NCBI RefSeq assembly: GCF_018350175.1
Contig: NC_058379.1
Location: 38,130,001-38,194,000 of the forward strand
Origin: Felis catus
Lineage: Eukaryota
DNA: 64,000 bases
Reading direction: 5' to 3'
Shown in pieces: positions 23,700 to 35,865 of this stretch (positions within the stretch are counted from its first letter, which is position 1; each line of letters opens with the position of its first letter). A program made the translations under genes and the position numbers. The notes under the pieces are model-generated. The model was given only the letters and a program-made list of their open reading frames with translations, ran no database searches and had not been told where the DNA came from.

Positions 23700-23930
23700 T
23701 TGTAATCATACTCTATGGTCATTATTATGAGTCCTCACTAAATAGCCCTTTGTAGTGACATCATTCCTCACTGTGGTTATTCTGATCCCAATATGGTATT
23801 TTAGCTGACGAAACTGGGTAAGTTTCATGATCTCTCCCATGCTTCTCTGGCAGATTGAAGGAGCAGCTGAGATAAGAACCCACAACCTTAGGTTTTTAAT
23901 CATCTGCTGCCTTTAGCAAACCATATATCC
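23700..23930 (-). mobile_element. MIR
   Basis: 'ttttagctgacgaaactgggtaag...ggagcagctgagataagaaccca'. Confidence 0.55.
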
Positions 23931-24748
23931 ACCAGACTGCCTCCTGCAGTTTGTCTACCACCTTCTCAGACAGTTAAAGATTAACACTCACCTCTTGCAA
24001 AAGTCGTTGCAAGGGGAAGTGTTAACTAATGTAAGTCAGGTAGACCTAGGGATAAGACACTGGCATCAGAAAGCTCTTCAAAGGCTTATAAAATATTTTA
24101 AGTAAGCAAAGTCGTTTCTATTTGAAATAATAGTCAAAGGGGACAATGACCATGATTTCCTTTAAATTATGTATACCACGTCTTTGTCTTTCTGCTGATG
24201 TAGCATTTGACTCTTGTTCTGTTTTTACATCTCTGTGTAAGGCTCAAAAAAAGTCCCTTGCAGAAAGGGTCGACAAAAGGAAAAGCCACATGAAAGAAGT
24301 TGGTAATAACATGATGGATCTGCGGATTAAACTAAATTCCTGTTTATCTGCAGCTGACATAACTTAAGTGATGCTGTATAACCAACAGTTGTTATCCTAC
24401 CAGACATCAGATAGATGACAGGCAAAATATCCACCAACACTTTAAGTAGGAGTCCTGGAACTAAAGAGCAGCATGAAACCACACATAGTAAAGATTTGGG
24501 AGAGTAAAACAGAGTGAATTTTAGAAACAGCAAAAACTGGAGTGTACGTACCCACAAACGGGATAACCCAACACTGACAGCATGGAAAGATCCAGACTTA
24601 CCTTGAGGTTATGATTCATTTTGAAAGACCAGATGAAGCTTGGGTTTCATTGGATGAGTGAGGACTATGAGGTGAGGGATGGGAGAGTGGATGCCCTACC
24701 TGAAGAGAGCCCATCAAGGACGGGCAAAGGTACACTCTTGTCAACCAA

Positions 24749-24966
24749 NNNNNNNNNNNNNNNNNNNNNNNNNNNNNNNNNNNNNNNNNNNNNNNNNNNN
24801 NNNNNNNNNNNNNNNNNNNNNNNNNNNNNNNNNNNNNNNNNNNNNNNNNNNNNNNNNNNNNNNNNNNNNNNNNNNNNNNNNNNNNNNNNNNNNNNNNNNN
24901 NNNNNNNNNNNNNNNNNNNNNNNNNNNNNNNNNNNNNNNNNNNNNNNNNNNNNNNNNNNNNNNNNN
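24749..24966. other. Assembly gap
   Basis: Run of n abutting the GA tract of a SINE. Confidence 0.99.
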
Positions 24967-25121
24967 AGAGAGACAGAGCATGGGCAGGGGAGGGGCAGAG
25001 AGAGAGAGGGAGACACAGAATCTAAAGTAGGCTCCAGGCTCTGAGCTTGAACTCACAGACCATGAGATCATGGCCTGAGCCAAAGACGGACACTTAACCT
25101 ACTGAGCCACACAGGCACCCC
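24967..25121 (-). mobile_element. Feline SINE, tail in the gap, with an internal deletion
   Basis: 'ggctctgagcttgaactcac' lacks the usual 'gtcagcacagagcccgacgcggggct' segment. Ends 'caggcacccc'. Confidence 0.92.
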
Positions 25122-26459
25122 AAGCAGTGGCTTTAAAGTATATACTTGTCACATACCTGGAAGATCAATGCTGTAGATACCCAGTGGCAGTTCAGCTAAT
25201 TATTCTGGAATGTTCTGGAATGTCCTTTTTTTTTTTATTTTCAGGACTTTGTTTCATTTTATGTTCATCAGAACCAAACCAGAATCCTTGTTTATGAATG
25301 CCCTTCACGTTGCTGAGGCACTTGGAGGGATCCCCGTAAATTTGATCACCCTGCAGAAGAGAGGTGCTACTTGCGGGCATTTATGAATAAGCAGGGAAAA
25401 GAAAAGAAGCTGCTTGGAAGAGAGAAATAGAAACACCCTCTGTGATTATTTAGCTAAATGCAGGAGGCGTACGGAACTTTATTTTCAAGTTTGTGACCTT
25501 TTCACAATCATAAACTGCATTCTGGAATGGGCCAGAATGTTCAGTAGTTTTAATTAGCCACCCTATTGTGTAAAACCAACAACCAAACTGAATATGAGGG
25601 TTTTTTTTTAATACCCATTGATTTGAGTAATTAGAAAAAAGGAATCATTGTAAGCAATATTCTTCAGCTGAGTTTATGCTGGCCTTTTTAATTTTAACTA
25701 GAGTAGGGCAAAAAAGATGTAAATTACACTATTTGGCTACATTTCTTAGTTTAGAAAAATGAATATGGCCAGCACTAATTAATTAGCAGAGGCACTATTT
25801 ATGTGATGGCATCTTTCAGCTAGCATACCTTAGAGGGGAAAAGGTAAGTGGTTTGTGTTATTCTGTCTCTGTGGGCTTTAGCAAGGCAGTTTCCTGGAAT
25901 ATATTAGCAAATAACAATGACAGATTCATTTTGTATTTTGTGCCCTGAAAAGACATTTATGTAAATGTAAATGCTGTATTTGTAATATAAAAATGGCTGG
26001 AAATTGCCGTCTCCTGAGTGTGTGTGAGAGATGGCAGGAGAGGGGAAATTAGGAGCCCCCAATTGCACTGGGATTATTAACTTTACAAAAAATGCATGCA
26101 GATGCCCCCATTTCATGGAATTCTTATAGATGACCATCCAGTTCAAAATAAATAAATTAGGGTAGTCGTGAACATTGCAAAAGAGTACTGTCAGGTAAGA
26201 AATAAGGAGGAATTTGCAAGAGTTGTGACAATTATCAATTTTGTATGAATGAGAAATTGAGAGTTTGTCTCTATAAATCTGTGGTATGCAAAAATACCAA
26301 TTTGACAAAAAACAGAACACTATTGCAAAAATGTTGGTTTATGGATAACTTTTCAGGGATATGTCTATTGCATAAAGTGGGGGTACATTTATATTTAATC
26401 TCAGTGTGACTTTTTCCATTGGGAAATATGGTATAAATAAGCCAGACTGGTAGATTTTT

Positions 26460-26483
26460 TTTTTAATGTAATGTTTGTCTATT

Positions 26484-26519
<36 letters not shown>

Positions 26520-26682
26520 CACAAGTGGGGGAGGGGCAGAGAGAGAGGGAGACACAGAATCTGAAGCTCCAGGCTCTGAGCTGTCAGCACAGAGCCCGAC
26601 GCGGGGCTCAAACCCACAAATGGTGCGATCATGACCTGAGCTGAAGTCGAATGCTTAACAGACTGAGCCACCCAGGTGCCCC
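26460..26682 (-). mobile_element. Feline SINE (SINEC_Fc2-like)
   Basis: Full body ending 'cacccaggtgcccc'. GGTAGATTTTT duplicated on both flanks. Confidence 0.96.
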
Positions 26683-26744
26683 TACACCGGTAGATTTTTA
26701 AAATGAGACAAGCAGACTTGTTAAAAGTGTAGTCATTATGTATT

Positions 26745-26975
26745 AGCATTGGCATTGTGCAGGAATGGAAAGCAGACTGGGTTCAAATCATAAGTCTGCC
26801 CCTGTTAAACTACGCATACTAGGGCAAGTTTCTTCACTTCTCTGAGTCTTAGCTTTTACCTGGGAACTAAAAGATAATCATTCTTCCCAGTGTGACTAAG
26901 GACCAGGTGAGATGATGTGGAAAAGGTACAGCCCTGTGCTTGGCACCTAGTTTATTGTTATTGTCCTTTTTATGT
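26745..26975 (+). mobile_element. MIR (near full length)
   Basis: 'cagactgggttcaaatc...gggcaagtttcttcacttctctgagtcttagc...gtgcttggcacctag'. Confidence 0.8.
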
Positions 26976-27889
26976 GAAAATGACTTTCAGTAACAATTAC
27001 TTTAAGGACTTATTCCAAACATTTTTAATAGCTTACAGCCTCCTGCCTTATTTTTAAGTATTTCCCACAGTATCTTACCTGATGCTTGGCAAAAAGTGGT
27101 ACTTAACAAATACTTGTAGCGTGTTGAATTATATAATTAATTTTACTTTTTCATTTTTAAAGTACATGTGAAGTATAAGTGAAATTTTTCCATAGGAAAT
27201 CAGCCACTCACCATGCCATCGGTCTACATTTTCCACTGGAATCTTCTGTATTCCATCGAAAGGAAAATGAAGCTGACACGTTCTCTAGATTTTTACTTTC
27301 TTTTCCATTTGAGGTTTAAGGACTATAAAAAAACAGTGCTTTCTTTAATCTTTCTGCAAATCTTGAGTCAGTGCATTCGAATGCAAAGACCATTTTCCAC
27401 TTTTCTCATTTTTTTCGTTTTTATTGTCATCCCCGAAGCTAATGAGAGCAACTCTTTCAGTGCATCCTTTCCCACAGAAGTCAGTACGTCTAGCCACAGA
27501 AATGATTTCTTTTAAGCTCTTTGTATAGCCACCCCTTTACCAGGAACCTGGGAAGGAACAGGACAGTGCCCAGGGAGTGACCCTACCTGCCTGGAGCCCT
27601 GACCAACCCCCAGGCTCAGCACCGAAGGGGTTAGCATCTCTAATCTTACTGAATCCTCACAGCATCCCGGGTGCCCTGGTTTTTGTCAGGGAGTAACCAG
27701 ATGCCTGAGGGGCCAGAGATGTTAGGCAGGGTCACTGGATTGGAAATGAGGGTGGCAAGAGTCGCAGGGAGCAGCAAGACTCAGGAGTCACTGCTGCGCA
27801 CAGCTGCCTGCAGGGAGTGACAGTTGTGCTCTCCTGACACAACGTATGCGTGTTCGGTGATACGGGTGGACTTAGGTGAAGTGAAGGAC

Positions 27890-28085
27890 AGTCAGAAGTT
27901 GTGAGATAGACAAAGTGGATTTGACCCCTTGACCCTAAGCCAGATCACTTCATCCTCTAGTCCTCCATTTATGCCAAGCAACCAAAGATTATAGTACCTA
28001 TATTCCAGAGGTGTTGTTGGGATTCCACGGGAAAGACGTACACAACACGAGCAGCACAGTGCCTGGCACATGGGTGGATGATGCG
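27890..28085 (+). mobile_element. MIR
   Basis: 'tgaccctaagccagatcacttcatcctct...atagtacctat..cagaggtgttgttgggatt...gcacagtgcctggcacat'. Confidence 0.75.
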
Positions 28086-28109
28086 ATTGTAGAGACAGAT
28101 TTTTAAAGA

Positions 28110-28950
28110 GCTTTTGAGCCATGCTAAAGAGCCTCAGCTGTAATCTGTTGACAGTAGGCATCATTGAAAGTTTATAAACTTGTCCAGGAGGCACATGATC
28201 AGACCTGTGTCTTTGAACAAAAAGTTTAAAAGCATTGTGGAAGATAATGGGTGGGAGCAGGACCAGGAACAAGGACACATCAGTCAGAGGCCTTCCTGTG
28301 GTGCAGGTAAGAGAGAGTGAAGGTTTGAAGTCAGATAGGGTGGTAGAAATGGGAAAGCAGATCCCTCGATACTTGAAGGGACTGAGATGCAGTTTAATAC
28401 AGGTGTAAGGGAACAGAGTCATTACACGTGACCTTGACAACTCTAGTAGCCAGATGTTCTGTGATGATATGCACCAAAAATTGGGAATAGTAAATCAAAA
28501 ATAGACTTTATGGGGAAAATAGTAAGGCTAGTTTGGGACATGCTGAATTTTCGATTTCCTACAACGAAAAAATCTGGAGAGAAAATGCCTATTAGAAATT
28601 AGCTTAAGGGCTCACAACTCACAAGCTACATCTGATAGGGATCAACAGTTGGGATTTACAGAGGGGATGACAGATGTAAGCTTGGGAGTAAATGACAATC
28701 ATTTGCTTGATTATATTGATTCATCATTAGCAAAATCACCATCACAATGGGGCTCTTGGGAGGTGCTCTATAAATCCTCCTGGCAGGAAGGGAGGAGGTA
28801 GCTAGAAGGTGGGAAGGGAGTGGCTTAAGAGAGAGGGTAATGCCCAGAGGAAGGGCCAAGATGAGCAGAGGGAGGTGGGGTAGGGAGGGAGAGCCAGCAG
28901 AGGAGGCTGAGAAACAAAATTTACAGGAGAACCGAGAACATGATCTCCTT
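28110..28950 (-). mobile_element. LINE-2 internal fragment
   Basis: 'gagccatgctaaagagc...acatgatcagacctgtgt...cagtcagaggccttcctgtggtgcaggtaagagag...gtttgggacatgctgaattt'. Confidence 0.7.
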
Positions 28951-29449
28951 CTGAACCATTTGTCTGTATTGAATGAGATTTTACAGATACCCTAAAGATC
29001 GATGTTTTGCCCTTTGTTCACGCGTCTGGAGTAGTCTGAATACTGCTATTTAGTCACTTCGGCACAGGGAGTGCCATGAAAGGCAGGGTCTCCTCCACTG
29101 GAGAGCGGCTCCTGCTCCAGGCAACAAAAGGGAACTAGCACCGTAAGGACAGATTCTGTCTTTGAAGACAGTGACTCATGGTCCTAGCTCTTTGTCTCCC
29201 TCGGCCCATTTTTCCATTGTCCCTTTCTGATTTGTTCAAGCGTCATTCTAATCTGTGAATAGACCCGTTGGCAGTATCTCCCACAGCTACAGGGAAATAG
29301 ATTGAATAGAAGAAACTGAAGTTTTATTGTGCTCAGGACTTCAGAGAGACTTGGGTTCGAGATGCGCCTTTGCCACTAAGGAGCTCCTAAGCCCGCCACA
29401 GCCTGGCTTGCGCTGCCCTCGGGGGCCTAGGCACTGCTGTCCTCAAGGT

Positions 29450-30635
29450 GAACACTGGCCTCCTCATTGCACAGTTTATCGAACGCTTTCAGGGCTTCAC
29501 TAACTTGACTTCGGACAAGTGTTTGGCCCTGTGACACCACTTCCACCTCTTGAAAACTTCCATTCTGGCTTCCTAGACATCACACTATCCTGGATTTTCT
29601 TCTCTCTGGCCTCTCATTCTTTCTCCAGGTCCTCTGCAGCCTCCTTTTCCCCTATCTGACTTTAAATATTATTCCATGGAGCTCTCTTCTCTGCCAGCCT
29701 GTGGGTCATCTCATTCAGTCTTATGGCTGGTAACTTCCAAAGTTCTGTCTCCAGCTCCAATCCCGCTCTTGACCTCCATCTGCTTAATGAGCACTTCCAC
29801 TCCAGACAAAGGAAGGTAGTCCATGACTAGACTCATTATCCTCTCTTCTAAGTCTAAACCAGAAAATGGCCCCACTGTGCACTTGCCCAAGCCATAAACC
29901 TAGGATCTTCCCTGACTCCTCTCTTCCCCTAATCACCTTATATCCAGACCTATTGATTCTGCACCCAAAGTCTTCTCACCATGCGCACTGTCACTACCCT
30001 GGTCCAGCCACCAGCCTCTCACCTCCCCTACAACACTGTCTTCTTACCTGGTCTTCCTGCCTCTCTGCTTACGGCTCCACATTTCATTCTTTCCTTTGGT
30101 GTTAAAGTGACTTTCAAGTCCAGTCGTGTCCCTTTATCAGCCTCTCCAGTGACTTCAGCATAATAAGCTTTCAAGGACCTTCATCATCTGGTCCTTGCTC
30201 ACATGTCCAGCCTCCCCCACATTTTTTCCTTCACCTTTTGCCTTTGCACATACTGTTTCCTCTTCCCAGAACCTCCTCCCCTTCTCACTTACACCCAATA
30301 TCCGGCTAAATCCAAATCAACCCTCTCACCTCAACCTACACATCTTCCCTCTTCCCCCCCCCCCCGCCATCACCACAAGCTCCCTCCCCTGCCTCCTTCC
30401 CTCAGTAGGATAGGCAGCCCTGCTGTTTCATCCCTACAATTCCTACACCTCTCCTAGCATGGCATTTATTATGCTTCATTTATTTTATGATGCTTCACTA
30501 TTTATTTTATGATTCTCCTTAGAATGTGAGCTCCGTGGGGCAGGGACTATGTCCACCTTATCCACCCCTCTACCTGCAGCTCTAACTTAGAGTGTAGCAC
30601 AAAGTAGGCGTTCAGGAAACTCCGTGAACAAATGC
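29450..30635 (+). mobile_element. LINE-2 (RT region to 3' end)
   Basis: 'tcttgaaaacttccattctggcttcctagacatcacactatcctggattttct' through 'tagaatgtgagctccgtggggcagggactatgtc...gcacaaagtaggcgttcag'. Confidence 0.8.
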
Positions 30636-30639
30636 TGCT

Positions 30640-30830
30640 CCCTGGCAATGCAGACATAGACAAGAAAATCAGCCTCCTGCCTTCAAGGAACTCATAATCT
30701 TGTAAAGAAGCAAAGCTTATAAACAAGTATCACACAATAGGCACAGAAATAGAGACACATGCATCATCCAAATTAGCACAGAAAAGGGAATGGCTCACTT
30801 CATCTGGAAGGCTTGAGTTGATCTTTAAAA
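30640..30830 (-). mobile_element. LINE-2 3' fragment, tail-to-tail with the previous copy
   Basis: 'cctgccttcaaggaactcataatct'. Confidence 0.6.
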
Positions 30831-30859
30831 AGCAGAAGGAGCCAACCTAAGGGGCTCCA

Positions 30860-31060
30860 GCCTTGGACTTGGTTCTGCCCCTAATTAGCCTTTTTATCTT
30901 GGGAAAATTACCTGTCATCTGGGAACCTTAATTTCCTTCTCTAGAAAAGCAGAGAATAATACCTCCCTTCACAAAACTGTCTGGAGGATTCAATGGAGGG
31001 ATGTAAACGACCTGTACAAACCGTGCCACCTAGGAGGTGCTCAAGCGGTAGTAGCTGTTT
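30860..31060 (+). mobile_element. MIR
   Basis: 'tctgcccctaattagcc..atcttgggaaaattacc...aatttccttctctagaaaag...aataatacctccc...gtgccacctaggaggtgctcaa'. Confidence 0.75.
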
Positions 31061-32320
31061 TATAATTTGAACGGACTTACGTTGTATTTGTTCAATGCTG
31101 CTTCAACAAGTGCACCTGAAGACAAACAAGGAAAAAAGAATCTCTTTCTTGAATGTGACTAAAATTACAACCTCGGCCTGGTCTACGTAAAAGACCTCTT
31201 TTTTCTGGTTCAGAAGGTTCCGAACTATGGCCTGATATATAATTTATCATGTGTCTCTGTTACAACTGTAGTACACTATTAAGAACCAAAGGAGCAGCCC
31301 TTGTACTAGAAAACTCCTTTTCATACAACCTGAGGAAATTATTTGCTCTGTTACCTTCATGCACAGAGTAATTTCCTAGTACTGAATCGTCTTTATCATC
31401 CACAATTTTGATTCTGCATAATATTATGTAATAGTCTCCTCTCCCTGGGCCTCCACCTTACCAGCCTGGTACACTTAGGGAGCTCTAATTTAAAACACAA
31501 AATCTATGGCTGTCTGTGCAACAGCAGAAATGCATGTGAAGACATGTGCCATGAAATGGCATTCTAATCAAAAGGTATAGGTAATATCCCTTTACTACGT
31601 TTTATTTCCTTGGGAAAAGAGTTGTGTCCTCTAAGCAGATTCTTCATGTTGCTGGTGGTCTGAACGGAGTACTTCAACCCTTAGAGGTAATATCATGAAT
31701 TTTCTATCACTCACTTCCATACCACTTTCAGAATGTCAGCAAGTTGGTTTCAGTTAGTTTGGGGTCCCTGAGAGAAGGTGAAATTATTAATTAACATGCA
31801 TAGCTGTGGGCGACTTTGTTGGGATCCTTGTAGTTCCTTCTCTCTAACATTGCCAGTCAAAATCTTTGCTCTCAGAGTTTTTCTAAACCTGAACTCTTTC
31901 AGAGTGCAACTGTGGCATTGGTTTGAAGTTCCCTAAAGAATTATCCAGGTGTCTGAATTAACGTTCCTGGTTAGATTCTTAGAAGTGGTTTGTTTACAGG
32001 AAGAAAAAGTTCCAATTTGCTCTCAAACTTCAAAGTGGAGAGGAAATGGTAGGGCTTTTCCTCTTTTAGCACTTTTCAAGAATCGCGTTACATGCTCACA
32101 ACACATGAGATCTCTCATTTTTAGATGTAGTTGATGCCATGAAGTCTTTAGTGAATAGTCCATGTGTTATTACATGGATAATTATTACATGTACAATGAC
32201 CAAGTGGTAATTGCCATTCAAGAACCTACCAGTATTCTGTATCAAGATGTCCATGGATAAAAGAAGGAGCTGGGTCTGATTCTTGACTTCAGAACCTTCC
32301 ATGGTTCTACATAGCCTGTG

Positions 32321-32473
32321 CAGTGTACCAACCCCTGCTATATGTCAGAATCAACCATGTAACCTTTTTTTAAATGCACATGCTCAGGCCCCATCAAAGG
32401 GATCATAATTTGGAAATTCTGGATTTTACTGCCACAGGCTATTTGGAAATGCAGCTAAGTTTGGGAATCACCC
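32321..32473. mobile_element. MER5-family hAT MITE
   Basis: 'cagtg..caacccctgcta..cagaatca...aaatgcacatgctcaggcccca...gcagctaagtttgggaatcacc'. Confidence 0.65.
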
Positions 32474-32644
32474 TATGCATGGCAGTCAAGGGTCCTCACG
32501 GCCACCCTCCAGTCCAACTTCCCATTTGCTCTGCCTCTACGCATCCAGGACTCCAGCCATGTCTGTCCTTTCCACATCTCTTTCATGGTGTCGCTTCCAT
32601 TGCAATTCCCTTTGCCGATCTACTGACCTACTCATCTACTAAAA

Positions 32645-32829
32645 CGGTGGCTTGTAAACTTTAATGTGCATGAGGAAAACCCTGGAACATCTGAAAAAAG
32701 TCCAGTTTCCAACACCCCCAACCCAAAGATTCAGATGCAGCAGGGCTGGGATGTGGTCCAGGTGGGACATCATTTATAAGATCTCCAATCAACTCCCAGA
32801 CAAACATGGCGGCACTTTGAAGGCCAGTG
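32645..32829. mobile_element. MER5A-like hAT MITE
   Basis: 'cggtggcttgtaaactttaatgtgcatgaggaaaaccctgg...aaagattcagatgcagcagggctgggatgtggtccagg...cactttga..ccagtg'. Confidence 0.72.
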
Positions 32830-33829
32830 CTTTAAGCTTTCTCTGCACACCTTTTCCTGCTCCAACACTCCGTATCTATTCCTCTGTTCCGCAGACTGTG
32901 CTCACCCCACTCTTGTCCCTGTTCTGTGCAATATCAGGGGCTACTGTCCGGGGGTCTATGTCAGCAGGGACGGGGTTATCTTCACTTGTGTGTCTCAACT
33001 CTTAATTTAGTGCCTGGCACAATTCAGAAAATGTATATTGACTAGACCATAGTGTTTTGTGACACAACATATATTTATCGTTTTAAATTACAGTGTAAAA
33101 TCTAGAAAAAGTAAATAAAATTCCACAGCTGCTGCTCCGTGACTCAGTGTCAGAATCAAGAGTAGATTGTTTTCCTCTCGCCGGAGCTACTGCGGTGCCA
33201 GCGTCTCCCACACCATCACTTCCTGAGAAGGGTCTCATCACCAGCAGGCCCAGAACTGTCCGTTAGCATTTAAAGGGTGTTTAAATCCATTTTACACATT
33301 TCTTTCAACATCAGCTTTCGAAATAACTCTCTCTCTGAGGGAGGATGTGCAGTCTTCTGTTGAGGACACGTAATGCCTGTCATTGTTCTTTCTTTTTGCC
33401 AGATTTCTAGAATGGGCAGGCAGGATCTTCTTGGTAGAGTACAAGAAGCCCAGTTCAGAAGTGGTGACATGAACAAGGGTGGCTGCTCCTGAGACAGGGG
33501 GAGCTCTCGGAACCACATCCCACTGCTGCCTCTGTGTGAAAACCAAATGCTGGGGCTGTTCTCCCAGAGGACAGTGAGTGTCGGCTCAGTGGTTCCAGCT
33601 GAGCCATGTGCCTCCATTCCTGGACTTCACAGGCTGCAAAATCATCTTTGCAGTTTCATCCAGATGAAGAATACTTGAGCTAGAGGCACTGACCTAGGCC
33701 CTGTGAATAAAGATTAAAAAGACATGGCCCCTGCCGGCAAAGTGCTTTCAAAGAAATTAGGGCCATGGTCACACAGATGAGATTATACAGATAAGAGCTG
33801 AATGATGTCCAAGGAGTGACCAACTATTA

Positions 33830-34290
33830 TCTGCAGGATGCAATTCAAAATCCCAGCTGTCTTTCAAGCCCCACCTCCCATCTGGCCCCTTCCAAATGCT
33901 CCTGCCATGTCACTTCCTGCTCCCCTAAAGGAGTTCTCTTCTCCTACCATAGGACCTGTTCCTTGTTCTCCAGATAAACTATGCTTAATCCCATGTCCCC
34001 ACCTTTGCATCCAGTGTAACCCTACCTAGAATGTTCACTTGACTCATGTTGTTTTTAACCATGCCCTTCAAGACCCAATGTCAATCCTTCTGCCAAGTGG
34101 GGCGTTTCCTGACTACCCCAGAGGAGCACTTACCTTCTGTAACATACTGTAACACTCAACCTAGATTATATTCGGTATAGTTGTGGTTTATTTTTATGTA
34201 AATATTCTCCCTTATTGAGGACGATACTTTATGTGTTTTTAAATTACCAATGTCCAATGCAGACAGTAGTGTCTCAATAAAAATTAAGTG
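33830..34290 (+). mobile_element. LINE-2 3' fragment
   Basis: 'cccttcaagacccaatgtcaa...ttcctgactacccca...gacagtagtgtctcaataaa'. Confidence 0.6.
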
Positions 34291-34448
34291 AGGAGGATCC
34301 CTTCTGGCTGGAGAGGACAACAGAAATTCCAGAGGACACAAAGTAAAGGAAAGCATTGAGAACAGGCCTGCTCCACTGCTCCTGGGATACAGAAATCCAA
34401 GTTCCACATTTATGGGAACAGTGTTGACAGAAGCATCTTGCTTCAGGT

Positions 34449-34668
34449 GTGTTTTTTCTTTAATGTTTATTTATTTTGAGAGAGAGAGCACAAGCATGCA
34501 CACACGTGAGCAGGGGAGGGGCAGAGAGAGAGGAAGAGAGAAAATCCCAGGCAGGCTGTGTGCTGTCAACACAGAGTCCAATATGGGGCTCAAACTCACA
34601 AACTGAGATCATGACTTGAGCCAAAAGCAAGAGTTGGATGCTTAAGCGACTGAGCCACCCAGGGGCCC
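34449..34668 (-). mobile_element. Can-SINE
   Basis: Perfect 15-bp TSD CATCTTGCTTCAGGT at 34434-34448 and 34669-34683. Confidence 0.96.
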
Positions 34669-34729
34669 CATCTTGCTTCAGGTCTTAGCTCCGGGCAGCT
34701 CCAAACGTGGTTGACCGCCCTTCCTCCGT

Positions 34730-35865
34730 AGGAGCGTCACCAGCACCGTGTTTTTCTGGCTCTCCTCCCACATCACCAGCCCCTCCTTCTTGGGCTTCCT
34801 TACGGATTCTTCTTCTTCTGCCCACCATTGAAGTTCAGGTTCTTCAGAGCCCCCTCCTTTCTCAGGACTTACCTCTTCTTTCTTTACGCATTCCTTGCCA
34901 GGGATAGCACTTACTGCATGGCTTTCATTAGTAATCTGTCCACGGAGCTGAACTCTTTGCAATCTGTCTGTATCTCCAACCCACGTCTCTCTCCTGACCT
35001 CCAGACCCAGAAATCCAGCTGCTTGCTGGACACCCCACTTACATGTCCCCAAGCACCTCCACATCTGTGTCAGTGGATGGCATCCCTTTCTGCCAAGTGG
35101 AAGCCAGAAACCAAGTAATAACAGTGGCTTTTCTCTCTTTTATCAACATCATCCTACTGTTTTTTGAGTTCTACTGATTCTGCCCATTGATTTTTATACC
35201 TCCCACTACCCTCCATTCCTACTGTGACTACCTCAATCTAAATGACCAGGATTTCTGACCTGATTCAAGGACCCCCTCTTGTTTGTCCTGTGCCCACCAT
35301 GACCCTCTCTAATCCATTCTTCACACTACAAGCCAAAGCCATATCTCCAAAAGTCAATTGTAGTCATGTCATGTTTCTGCTCAAGCTCTTTGAAGCTTCC
35401 CCATTGCTCTTAGCATAAAGTCAAGTTGTCTTATAAAACCCTTACTCATCCATTCCCTTCTAGCCTCTCCTTCCTGTCCATCTCCCCTCCTGCCATCTCC
35501 TGCTGTCCTTCCCTCCACTGCATGGTGGCCACAGTGGCCCCTCTGCTGCCTAGATTTCTCCCCGGTCCTCTGGCCTCCAGGCCTCTGCCCTTGCTGGTAC
35601 CCACTGACACCCTCCCTGTCACATGCATGCTCACTCACCCTTCCCTGGCTAACTCCTACAGATCTAGATTTAGATCTCAGTTTCGACTTCACATGCCTGA
35701 CAGCCCTCTCTGACCTCAAGGTCTGGCCGGGGCACCCTTTCCTGCCACCATTAGCCGCCTCTGCTTCCCCTGGAATAGATCTTTTCATACTGTCTTGTCA
35801 CTGCTGTGTCACTCACTGCTCTGTAACATTTTGTCTGGAGGATGGATGGATGGGTGGATGATGTG
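34730..35865 (+). mobile_element. LINE-2 fragment
   Basis: 'tctgtatctccaacccacgtctctctcctgacctccagacccagaaatccagctgcttgctggaca...aatccattcttcacac...gcttccccattgctcttagcataaagtc'. Confidence 0.8.

Noticed and set aside
24242-24302. Possible plus-strand coding exon (AQKKSLAERVDKRKSHMKEV)
   Set aside because: Weak AAG acceptor, weak TTG|GTAATA donor, no recognisable protein and no partner exons.
27892-28440. Longest ORF (182 aa)
   Set aside because: It lies across MIR and L2 fragments and has no coding-like composition.
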